From positions 637,362 through 701,361 of the forward strand of contig NMRA01000040.1 of the NCBI GenBank assembly GCA_002633005.1: a stretch of DNA of 64,000 nucleotides, written 5' to 3'. Source of the DNA: Phoronis australis (lineage: Eukaryota > Animalia > Phoronida). Positions within the stretch are counted from its first letter, which is position 1. Every line of letters begins with the position of its first letter. The position numbers were made by a program, and so were the translations under genes. The notes beneath the pieces are model-generated. The model was given only the letters and a program-made list of their open reading frames with translations. It was not told the DNA's origin and did no database searches. Shown piece by piece: positions 22,143 through 33,311 of this stretch.

Positions 22143-25100
22143 TTAATCCTGCTTGAACTGAATGGTGTTTGTTCGGTCACTTCCTTCGTTCCAAGCGACG
22201 TAGATAAAGGCGGCAACTATGAGGTGCACGACAACGATGGCTGTTCCCGCAGAGAAAATGTAACTTTTCCTCGCACTCATTAAAAACAATCCTGCAAAAG
22301 ATGTAAACCACATGTAAAGCTGTGATGTCAAATTTCTTAAGAAACACGAGCATTGGGAAACTTCTATTTTTTTGAAAAGATTTACAAATGATAATAGTCT
22401 TTTACAAGGGTCTCGCATCTTGAAAACTAGTTTTCTCCACTTAATAATTGGAGTAAAACTGGTTCTCAAAATCCGGAACCCCTGCAAGTGACCATTGCCT
22501 AACAAACATCCATGCATAGCTGTCATGAAACAAAAACAAGGTAATTTTTTATTTATTGTAGGAATTCTTTTTGAAATTTTTAGCAATTTCTTTCAGTGCA
22601 AAATATCCTTAAAAGCCATCTTGAGCTCTGCCACCGTAGCATAACTGTTACCTTGGATTCAATTTCGAGATACATCACAAACAATCATGTCATGAAATGA
22701 AGCAATTTATCACTTCTTGTTTTCTATGGTCACACTATGGTCAAAATGGAGCTCATAAGTGTTATTTTCTATTAATAAAACCCTCATTCGAAGATGGCCA
22801 TTTTTAACCACCAAAGCAATGTTCAATATAACTATAGAACCACCACATTTTCGTAATTACATATCACTATGATGGAATGTTAAAAACAATTACCAGTGTT
22901 TACAAGTCTACTGTTTACTGACAGTCGAATCCCATTACAATGAACTCTTCTGGTACCTTTCTAAAACGTTAACTTGACAAGAGATATCTTAAGACTTGTA
23001 AAACGGAATGTTGTAAGCGAGGATACATAAAGAATCTGGTGTCGGTTTCATAAAAGTGACTTAAAACACAAGACAGAAATTTGGTCTTGCACTCTCACTG
23101 GATCATTGCTGAAAAAAAAAACTTATCCAAGTAATTACGAGTGCATCGCAGTACTGAGGTAATAGAAAATATTTGATTCATTAACTAGCAGTGATGTGTA
23201 TATTCACAGAGACTGCACTTTTGCTCGAGTGAGATTTAACTATTTTTCAGAAGCAATTGTGTGGAGTGTAAGACCAAAATTTTTACTTAAATAAGTCCCC
23301 CTTTTCATGAAATAAAACACAGGTTACTTCGTTGCAATGTGGTGCATTTGGTAATTGCAAGACACGTACTCTACCTTCAAATATCATGTGTTTGGCAACA
23401 AAGTAGGAGGCAATAGGCAGCGTCACCAGCATCAGCGTAAACACCAACAGTGTTCTGTATGCGCTACGATCATCATTAGGCCTTGAAGAGAAAAGTAAAC
23501 AAAAATAGTGAATGTTGGTGCACTAGATGAGTGAGGGTGACTTGCACTAGACCAGTGTCGGTGACTTGCACTACACCAGTGTTTGCGAATAGAAACATGT
23601 CTTACTACTATTCTATAAATGTGCCCAGACAGTTTTACGGAAATCTGCGAAAAATTAAGACAGGAACAAGGCCCTAAACAGTGCACTTTTTCAGACATGA
23701 GGTGCACTTATGAAAACTACAGCTTTGGGGGTCATATGCAATGGAATTATCACCCATGTGTCGAAACATGTATGTTCAAAATTGGTAGAGGCAAAGGTGA
23801 AAACCAAAGGTAGAAATTTTTAGAATATTATGTTAGTCAAACTTATTAACCGTTACAAAAGGGAGGGCAATAAGAATGGACAGAAATACACAAAAACATC
23901 CAGATTAAAACATGCTCGGATTTAAGGAATAATTGCACAAAGATTTTTGAATAAAAAAAATATTATTTTGGATGTTGACGCAGGGACATAAATATGCGCA
24001 TACATCTGATAATCAAGTGAGACTAAAACACTATGTGGGTCACAACGATGGCGGGTCACAACGATGGCGGGTCACAACCATGGTGAGTCACTATGGTCAA
24101 TTCCCTGAATACAGAAAACATTTCTTGAAAAGTAATTGATAAATAGTCATGAACTTTGAAGAACTATCTGCAAACTAAGAAAAGTTAAGAACTTGACATT
24201 CTCGTTAATACCAACTTTTCTAGACAAACTTACACCGACTTTTCCTATGAGATAATTCGTTGACCTTGATTGAAAAATTTCCTAATATTGCGACAGCTCC
24301 AGCTAAAACAAACGCACAAGCGTTGCTTCTCTTTATCATTTTTTAATTTAAAGTATTGTCCATAAGACTATATTCCTAATATTCATTTTGTTGTAAATGA
24401 CAATTTAAGAATTACAGAAAATAATTGAATTGTAGTACAAGGAGTACCTTTATCCACGGCGTCCCTAACCAGGCAACTGAGGTGCTCCATTTAAATTGTT
24501 TTCTCAAATAAAGACAAAACTATACACATCATTTGAAAGTTCTAGTGCTCCTCATTGACCCAATATCCAGCATATTTGAACTCAATTTTATTTTTAGTTT
24601 GTAAAAACGGCGGCGCTAAAATAAAAAAAACAGTGAATTTGGCACTTGTATTTCTTTGGTTACTAAAAAGAATTTGGTTTGAAAAACTTTTAATTGAAAA
24701 AAAAGTACTAAAACAATGACTGTATTTTAATGGCAATCTACAACTGTACATTCCAAAATTGTTTTGAGCAGATAATTTGGAAAAGAACAATCATTTTGTC
24801 TGCTTGCTATTTAGGTTCACGCTTACATTGGAAATCTATACAAGACCAAAGTTGTCCAATCTACTGTGCTAGAAGACAGGAAAACATTGAAAATTGACAT
24901 TTTCGTACTAAACATTTTTGACTAATTTCAATAAAATTTGACGATGTTTACCATATCCAAAAAAGATAGTACACGAGATAATTGCACTAAAATTGATCGA
25001 GAGTCCGGTTCAGAACCAGGCACCTGTTTCAGATTCTGGAAAATAACCTTGTTGAGAGGGTCTAAATAACTCTCAAGTGCTGCGGAAAAAAGGTATGCTT

Positions 25101-25900
25101 TTTCATTGAAGATAAAAACAAAATATTTTTGTTTCTTCTAATATTTTATTCACAAAAAACCTAAAAATTGTCAAGGTAAGGGTACTCTTCCAATAATATG
25201 AATTCATAAATACATAGATATCCATGAGGGCAGGGTATTTTCCTACAAAGGATAAATTTTTCTTCAAAATCAGTACAATTTGAATGCCTAAATTTCTAAA
25301 ATGAACTGAATGGCACTTAAAATTTTGTTAGGCCTACTACCGACACTAGCGACCTGCGAGTTGCTGGAAATAGTCAAGTGTTCAGGCCGAGGACCAGGGG
25401 TCAAGCATTTTGAGAACCAGTTTTGTGTACTGAACAGGCACCCTGAAAGTGTCTATGGATACGAAGTGACTATTGCTTCTTGATTCTATACGATTGATTC
25501 AAACATTGAATATTCAAGGTTGAAACGTGAAAGTAGATTGACTGTTGTCAATGTTGTAGATATATGTGCTTCCGGTGAATAATATGAGCCTCTGTTAGCC
25601 GCAGGTTAACGGGCAATTAGTTTAAATGGTTAGCAAGCTTGCCGATTTTATGGGGGTCACTGGTTCGATTCCCGGATCGGCTATTCTCGGCTAAACTAAG
25701 ACCAATGGCCAGATCCTGAGCCAGAAATACCAGAGCGTCGTCAGGTTCTCTAAATCCGGGACCGCTATATCCGACCAGTGCCCCCATTACTGGCAATTTC
25801 AGATCACTTAAAGGTCTGGCTCTGCTGGCAGTACTGCCAATGTAGTTTACTCAATATATCGGAGATACCTGACGAAAGGTCCTGCTCCGCTGTCCGCCAT
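22143..25900 (-). CDS. VMA21: Vacuolar ATPase assembly integral membrane protein VMA21 (95 aa), 3 exons
   Basis: complement(join(22143-22291, 23375-23481, 25869-25900)); intron phases 2 and 1 are compatible. Protein MADSGAGPFVRPNDDRSAYRTLLVFTLMLVTLPIASYFVAKHMIFEGLFLMSARKSYIFSAGTAIVVVHLIVAAFIYVAWNEGSDRTNTIQFKQD* has two TM segments and the VMA21 signatures IFEG, VVVHL...YVAWNEG and terminal KQD. Confidence 0.95.
22405..22484. mobile_element. ~80-bp palindromic mini-MITE; relatives at 25395-25445 and 63662-63733
   Basis: The arms carry a shared core ATTTTGAGAACCAGTTT(T) with CAGGG/GTGC-like ends. The core is present in all three copies. Confidence 0.65.
24037..24085. repeat. 16-bp tandem repeat x3
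   Basis: gggtcacaacgatggc repeated about 3 times. Confidence 0.85.
25552..25701 (+). mobile_element. tRNA-containing solo LTR (Helenus-like TRIM), older copy, in VMA21 intron 1
   Basis: Starts TGTTGTA and aligns end to end with the reverse complement of 26389-26540. Degenerate A box at 25618-25629, B box GGTTCGATTCC at 25662-25672. The 3' end is mutated (..AAGA) and the flanks tcaa/ccaa match at 3 of 4 positions. Confidence 0.7.
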
Positions 25901-26130
25901 AGTTGATGATGAGACAAATTATGTTTTGTTATATTTGCTGAAAATTAACTTATTTCTAGTAAAAAATAATTTTTGATCATTTTTTCTGATTTAAAATAAT
26001 TATTACATAAACAAAATTCTATTTATGCATGTTTTGTATTTCTTTATGAATAAATTATAATTATTTATCAAAACGTATTCGTAAAATGCAAACTTAACTT
26101 CCTGCTTCCGGTCCACCTTCTTTAGCAAAC
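25901..26130. promoter_or_regulatory. Bidirectional promoter and 5' UTRs shared by VMA21 and COMMD5
   Basis: Only 230 bp separate the divergent ATGs. AT-rich core; tandem ETS-like motifs ACTTCCTG/CTTCCGG at ~26098-26111. Confidence 0.8.
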
Positions 26131-29100
26131 ATGTCTATAATTCAGGTAAATGTTTTAGCCTTTTTAGCAAATATTGCCTCGCGATTTTTGCCTTTCACAG
26201 TTTTGGAGCCTCCCATTTGATCCTTTTGCGTATTGTTTACAATCCGACTCCAAAACCGTAGTCACCTGAGTTTCTTGAATTATCAGCATTAGTAAGGTTC
26301 TGAACGTAATGTTATCTTGGTTGTGTGCACTTTTTCTTGAGGTGGAGAAATTTTCTAAATTGGGGCAATGAACTTCACAAAGTGGCACTGTAGTAATAGC
26401 CAAAATAACCCGACCCGGGAATCGAACCAGCAACCCCCATAAAACTGGCAAGCGTGCTAGCCATTCAGCTAATAGGCAATTGCCCGTTAGCGAGTAGCTA
26501 ACAGAGGCTCATATGATTCACCGGAAGCACATGTACAACAGCACCATCAATAGAGTGAAAAATTACTGGGATTGTCGGCGGGAAATGGCCGGGTCGATTC
26601 ACTTTGATGATACTGATCACCTCTTTTCACTGAAGGCAATAACCTTGTACTACTCTTCTAGTTGTAGTACTGTAAATCAACAACACAGTAAACCTATACA
26701 GTAAACATTGTGCAACACTGTACAGTCAAACCAAGTTACAAAAAACTTCCCTTAGATTTTCAATGTGTGCTCTTTAATCAAAATTTAGCAATGACCAAAT
26801 CAAATCAAATTTCCTGGGAATAACAAAAATTAATTTTGAAGTCTGATTGTAAACATTAATTTTTCTCTCTACTTCTCTTGCGCTACTACTGCACATAAAT
26901 GGATCAGTGGGTCAGCAAAAAATGTTAAACAATTACTGCAGCTTCATAATGATAATAAATCCACCTTTTTTAAACTACTGTGTCAATTGGTGTGCCAGTT
27001 TTGTGTTATACAAGGTGTCTGTTTCGTGAAAAGCGACTCAAGACTTAAGTCAGAAATTTGTTCACACAACCTTTTCTGAAAAATAATTGAATCTCACTTG
27101 AGCAAAAGTGCAAAGTCTCTGAGGGTAAACACATAACTGAGTCAAGTTTTGAAAATTATTTCAAGACTCTGATGCGATTATAAGAACTAGGCTAATTTTT
27201 TCAGCAACTTTGGCCAAATTTCTGTCTTGAGACTGGTTTATGTTGTGATTGAGGTGTACGATATTTCATTCGTTGCATGTTCAACTCATTTCTCAATTGT
27301 TTTGAAAATTAAGTCAGTCTTACACCTCTGCCAAAAAGCAAGATTGAAGTCAAGATGGTGCTATCAGTCTCTTTTCTCTTTTAAATGGCATCTTTTTAGG
27401 TCACTGGAGGTCAGGGCGGAGGGACAGCAGCTGACCGGACATCTTTCATTGGTGCCAGGGTGCCTGTTGAAGTAAACAAAATGGTCAAGCATATGAAGCA
27501 CGTTGATAAGGGTAGCTTTAAAAGGCTACTGCAAGGTATACCCCCCTATGAAGTTTTGAGGAATCGTTTTAGTACAAGTGAACAATATTATCACACTGAG
27601 ATAACATACAATAATTTAAAGCAACTTTTATGGCACGTGTCTTTCTTCATCTGTTTTAACTCCTTTTGAATTCTATGGTATTCTGTTCTAAAAATATACT
27701 GATAGTATTTTGAGTTCTTTTGCTCATTTCATCAGTGTTTTCACATCATTTTTAATCAAATTCAAGGAATGTATGTGTAGCTAACGTGTTAAGTTTTAAT
27801 CAAATTGAATGTGCATTGCTGACAATGCAGACTGAAAATAAATGATGTTATGTCTGTGGTAATGTGAGGAAAATGTTTGCAGCTGCAGTAGCAGCAACTG
27901 AGCAGAGACTGGTCAACTCGGACATATTCACCGAGCTAGAGAGTGAAAGTCTAAGCCAAGAATCTATCGCCTTCGTATACTCAGGACTTTTAACTGTGTT
28001 GAGACTGGCGCTCAGACAGCCTGTGTCTTCACTGAAGCAGGAACATCTTCAGGCTGATTTACAAGAGCTCAAGTGAGTGCTACAGTACACGCCAAAATTA
28101 TTCAGACAAAATTACCCAGACTTCCCGTAACAACAGCTTAGCAGAAGCCAGTTTCATCGCCATAGTGATAGTGGGTGTTTGCTGGTGTCCCAGAATGAAG
28201 GGGAATTATCAGGAAAGTCAGTATTAAGATGGATAAATTCTTTAATTATAATTTCCTCTTTTAACAATTGTTTCTGTTAGCGGAATTAGTCGTTGTGATG
28301 GGGAAAACTGTATTTTGTCTACAGGTTTAATTCTGTCTCTTACTGTTGATTTCGATATCGTTGTTCTTCAGCTATTCTGCATAAAACATTTGCTAAAACT
28401 GTCATTCCTTCATTTCCAAAATCTGAATACCGTGCAATTGAAAATTGTTGTCCTGTTGTATTGAGCTGTGCAGTGTAAACTATGCTCTAAATGAAGTGGA
28501 TCTTTTTAGTGTTCCTTTCTGTTCAGAACTTTTGACAAAATGAGTTCTGGTCCATCAAGTTGTGGGCTAAGTTAGTGAAGCTTTACTATAAGATTTTAAG
28601 ACGTTTTAGCAATGATTGACTTTTTTATGGGTTGCTGCGATGTCGTGAAACCCTCTTGGTGATAAAACTTGCTTCTCTCTAGTTTTATAGACAACATTAT
28701 TGTGGTTTTTGTTTTTTGGGTCTCGCAGGTTTTGGTGTTGCAGGAAAAAATGGCACATTATTTTTACATTTGTTGTTAAATTTAAGAGCTAGGAGTACTG
28801 TTCTAAAAATAAAGGTATTTTTTCCTTTGATTTTTCTCATCAATTTTCAGTTTTTATAATTGTTCATCGTTGAGATGCTGACCTACCGTGTTTTTATGCA
28901 TTTATTGTCCTCAGCCATTAAGATAATATTGTCATCAACATACAAAGAAAGTTCCAAGAATACACAATGAGTAAAAACTCCTATACTCTAGATGAGACAC
29001 GTTCAAGTGTTACAGAACATATAGGGTGTTAGTCTAAGCAACATCTCTCATACTTGAACTTGTGTATTTTTGTGGGCTTTTACATTTATTGTGGATATTT

Positions 29101-30866
29101 TATGACACTGTTCGTGTAGTGCAAATTCGTGTTAATGGCTTAAAACATGAATGAATAACGGTGATGATAATTATGATGATGATGATGATAAAAGTGATTT
29201 ACATATCTTTTTTTAGCACTTGATGTGTTTTTTCTTTCAGCATTCCTACTGAGTTCATAACTGACATTTCAAGTGTGGTCTTTGGTAACAGGTTGGTATT
29301 TGTTCCGTGACCTAAATAAACCCTGCATGAGTGTGGCACACTGGTAGAAAAAAAATTGAAATTACAGGTAGTGCAAAAATAAGTAAATCATCAGTGAAGG
29401 TGTATTTATCTGGAGATCATCAGGGCCTTATTTCATCTCCACAAATATTAGTATCGTATGGTATTGTTTCGTGGACAATCTCATAAATGTCGGGAAGGTA
29501 TACTGATGTATATATAGGTATATGAAGGTATACTGATGTATATATAGTTATATGAAGGTATACTGATGTATATATAGTTATATGAAGGTATACTGATGTA
29601 TATATAGTTATATGAAGGTATACTGATGTATATATAGTTATATGAAGGAATCACTCTAGTCTAAGATCAGTTGTCGTCCTTGTCATCTCATCAACAGTTG
29701 CGTGGGTGGAATGTTCAAGCAGTGCGGTCCTTACAGGATGGTGTTGGATGCCTGCAGGGTGACATCTGGTGATGAACTCTAGTCCATAGAGTGGTGGAGG
29801 AAGACTTAAACATATGATAAATAAATGATTGACATGGACATAGATTCTGGATTGAATGACTCATATCCCACAAGTCTACATTCTGGGCACGCTTCAATTT
29901 TCGCTATCTGTAAAAAAGTAAGTGGCTACTGCATCTATATTTTCAGGAGACCAATGTTAGATAGGGCAATACTGGAGAGCAGACCGCGCTTTCCAAAGCT
30001 GGAATTTTTCCGGTGGCGAGTCGATGTGGGCATTTCCACAAGGTGAGTTTAGTTTTGTCTGAGACAAAGAATTGCTGCACCTAAAAATTGCCTTAAAAAA
30101 TTCCACAGAACAATCATGTCACAGTATACCCCATGTAGTAGCCAGTTAGGAAACCAGTAGTAACGGCTCTTTTGAGTGTCACGTTAAATTGTATGGATAT
30201 CAGATTAGTGTATTTCCATTATTTTTGAAACCTAGAAATCTATTTTGATGTGGGACAGATTGATATTAATTTTGTAATGATGTTGTTGGCGTGAAGTCAT
30301 TCAGAATGTGTATTTTGCGACTTTAAACGTTTGCCATTTGTTACAGTGCTCTGGGAAAAGTACTTGAACCAACTATCACAATGGAAATGACTACATCAGA
30401 GGCGAAAACATTTACCTTTGAGGTTAGTATGCAGTTCGATATAATGTTGACATATCTCTCATTAATAAAAGATTTGGGAAGCTTATTCCATTTTGTCTTC
30501 CTAAAGCTTCTTTGAGGTGGTGATGTAGTAGCATCGTTTCTAAAATCTATTGTTGTGTATTCTAAGAACGCTGTAGCTCCTGAAGATGGCTGAAGGCATG
30601 CTAATGTGCTAATGCAAACAGGCCAGAATCAGGTCTAAAGAGCTGATAGATTTTAGAAATGATATTGCTAAACCCATTTTATATCCATTACTTTCACGCT
30701 CGAATTGGTTTTGTGTTTGCGATACGTGATTGTTGTTTTCCATTGGGCTTTCAATTCGTTGCAGGTTCCTGTTTCCAAGTTTCATGAACTTCGATACAAC
30801 GTGGCGTACGTTTTGAAAGAAATGGAAGCTCTGACACAGAAAAGTGTCATGAAAATTCAGGATTAG
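26131..30866 (+). CDS. COMMD5: COMM domain-containing protein 5 (HCaRG), 7 coding exons
   Basis: join(26131-26145, 27400-27535, 27883-28072, 29241-29291, 29947-30042, 30347-30422, 30765-30866), all GT-AG and phase-consistent. Protein includes SFIGARVPVEV, LRLALRQPVSSLKQEHLQADLQELNIP, and the COMM domain PKLEFFRWRVDVGISTSALGKVLEPTITMEM...FEVPVSKFHELRYNVAYVLKEM. The 15-nt first exon is the least certain part. Confidence 0.93.
26389..26540 (-). mobile_element. tRNA-containing solo LTR (Helenus-like TRIM), in COMMD5 intron 1
   Basis: 152 bp. The minus strand reads TGTTGTA...TACTACA (TG..CA, 6/7 inverted termini). Exact 4-bp TSD GCAC at 26385-26388 and 26541-26544. Consensus A box TAGCTGAATGG (26461-26471) and B box GGTTCGATTCC (26418-26428). 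Confidence 0.82.
29494..29648. repeat. 30-bp minisatellite x5
   Basis: gaaggtatactgatgtatatatagttatat tandem array in COMMD5 intron 4. Confidence 0.95.
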
Positions 30867-31614
30867 TGAGACACTGTTTTCGTTAAAATTTATTCAGTTT
30901 CAAGCAAAAACAGTATTGAAAGTGTTTTGTCTTCCGAAGGTTATTCGTCAGTAACTGCATTGCACTAACGATGCTTATTTGTTACGAAAACTTTCACGAA
31001 ACGAAATTCCACTTGTGCTCAAAATCGGAGACTGTTTATCGTAACCCAGACTTTGGATACCAAAGGCAAGTGCAATAGATGTTTGGGTACACTATCTGAG
31101 GATAGTTTCTTGCAAGTTCGGCGAGATGGAGCAAGATTGAGCCAGTGCTTTGCGAGTAAGGTACACTTGCAAACTATGTGCACCTGATGTGACCAGACAG
31201 TGAGCGTGAATTGTTTAGTTATGGGAGAAAACTCTTTATTTCCATTTTATACTAAAACAAATAATTTCTCGCTGCAGCCTTCAAGAGCCGGGCACACAAT
31301 TAGTGTTCTGGCCCGTGACCCTGAACTGCACTTGAAAACAACGAAATGTATTATTGTGTACATAAATGTGTAAATTCTTGTAGATATTGTAATGTTATGC
31401 GTAAGACCATTCATGATATTTTGATTGCATTGAGAAATTATTTAAATGTTGCATAATATATTTTCGTAATTTTACGTGCAGTTGCCTAGTGTAAAAAACT
31501 TCTTAAAAGTATTGTATGACTTAATAAGACGAAGTACACTCTATTATTATATCATGATACTGGTGCAAAATAGACATTAAAGAGGATACTGGTTCTGTAC
31601 TTTGCAGTTTTTGT

Positions 31615-31620
31615 AATAAA
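31615..31620 (+). terminator. Candidate COMMD5 polyadenylation signal
   Basis: AATAAA ~750 nt after the stop, followed by GT/T-rich sequence; ATTAAA nearby at ~31576. Confidence 0.4.
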
Positions 31621-32675
31621 GGTATCCAGCGATGTCATGTTTTTGGTCTTAAGATATGGTTTTAGACTCAAACCCAGTAAGATTAATGAGTAGAGCTATA
31701 GTTGTGGTTACCAATGGATACTCTTGGTCTTTAGGAGGTTTTACCAGCAAAACAACTGACAATTAACATGGTTTAGAGATATCTTGATGAAATTCCTTTT
31801 AAAAAGTGTGCTATCAGTTTTTTATGAACAGCTAAAAGTATAGCTTCAAAAGTTGCATTTGCCATGGGACCACCATTGAAAAATAATTTTCATGTACTAG
31901 GTGTTCTTGTAATTGGGTATTATTATCTTTTATATAGCACGCAAGACCTTCTCTTTCGCGGGCTTAGAATATGAACTATTTTGAACCCATTAGGTAGTTG
32001 TATTTTAATACAACTAAATTATAGTTTAAATAAAAATCTTGAAATAAAATTATCAATTGTCAAAAATTTGAGAGTGCATTTGTCTTTTTCGGTGAAGTTT
32101 AAGGTGACCTCCAGAAATTTATATCGGAAATTTGGAAAACTTTGCTTTTAAATAAAATGTGGTGTTGAAAGAGCTTTACTTAAAGTGGCAATTAATTTGC
32201 GCTTTGGATTAAAAATGAACGTTTGATTTAGGCCCCTTATTGATATTAAATCAGTCTTGTAATGTTCCTTTTTCAAATTTGAAATGACTGGCTTGAGAAG
32301 TATTGAACAGTCGCTGTTTCAGGTCAAGCCCATTTAAGTTCTTTAGCACTGCTAGTCAGTTTTAGGCAATATGATTGCCAGACGACTTATTGAAAAGAAC
32401 GTGATGACGTTTTGAAAGCGCAAATACGCCTGCGAAGAATGTTGATGTTATAACGACCAGCCGCAACTGTTTGTGCTTTACGGTCTGAAAAGGACGTTTT
32501 TCCTTATTTGGTTTGTTCCAATTTATTGAGTTTCAACAACAAATGAAAAGAGACTGAAGTATATGTAATTTAGTACATTGGTTCAAAAGTAAGTTCGTTG
32601 AGAACATGTTTCGGAGTTCCGAACTGGATAAGCAATAACCCAACATTGTCAGCAGGTTGGGCCCTGTTATGTATG

Positions 32676-32694
32676 TAGCGCCATCTGTTGGCCA
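32676..32694 (-). promoter_or_regulatory. CTCF-like binding motif
   Basis: The minus strand reads TGGCCAACAGATGGCGCTA, close to the CTCF core TGGCCACCAG(G/A)(G/T)GGCGCTA. Confidence 0.5.
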
Positions 32695-32868
32695 AAACTT
32701 TCGAGGCAAAATCGTCTCGTAAGAAATAAACGCGAGTGGTTTTTAATTTTCTGCTGACAGAAGAGGATAGATTGGATTTCTAAGGGGCTATTTTCGACAG
32801 TCTTCTAGTTTTTTTTATCTCTGTTAACAGAGCTTTAGTTATCACAGGATTTATAACTTGGTCCCCAG

Positions 32869-33311
32869 TGCCCGGTTTCATGAAACAGCCCCCAATAGGG
32901 ACTCAACTAAGTCCCCTAAATCTATTGCGTATTTTTGAACTTGTGAAAACATCGATTGCCCTTTTTTATCTGTTTTAGTTTCATTACTAAGTCAACTTTT
33001 GGCTTTGATACAAATCGAGGGTGAACTCGACGTTGAAGTCTCAATGTTACCAAAAAGGTATAGGGATCTTTTCATGCATCGCTCCTAACATAAGGACTAA
33101 GTCCCTATTTATTTTCATTGAATTCTGGGCTCAGTTTTTAGTTTTGTTTATTAGAAAACGATAATATCCAAAGAGGACCTCAAAGTGAACATGAAATGAT
33201 ATAAAATGATATAAAAAGATTACATCTGTAAATAAACAAAGACACAAATAGGCAAAAGTTTTAGGGAACTTAGTTGAGTCCCTATTTGGGACTGTTTCAT
33301 GCAACCCGGCA
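32869..33311. mobile_element. MITE with ~52-bp TIRs
   Basis: tgcccggtttcatgaaacagcccccaatagggactcaactaagtcccctaaa vs reverse complement of 33260-33311 (tgccgggttgcatgaaacagtcccaaatagggactcaactaagttccctaaa), about 5 mismatches. Confidence 0.88.

Noticed and set aside
24234-24490. Alternative VMA21 first exons (MEHLSCLVRDAVDK; MIKRSNACAFVLAG...)
   Set aside because: Their best donors are phase 1, incompatible with the phase-2 acceptor at 23481. The exon at 25869-25900 fits.
25610-25685. Functional tRNA gene (also 26405-26485, minus strand)
   Set aside because: A and B boxes are present, but no proper acceptor or anticodon stems. Both sit inside LTR-like repeats.
25706-25912. SINE body with a (GAT)n tail, or PBS/internal region after the LTR
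   Set aside because: 25869-25900 is VMA21 exon 1 on the minus strand. TGGCCAGATCC matches no tRNA 3' end that I recognise, and no second direct LTR follows.
29494-29648. CRISPR-like array
   Set aside because: Head-to-tail repeats with no unique spacers in a eukaryotic intron.
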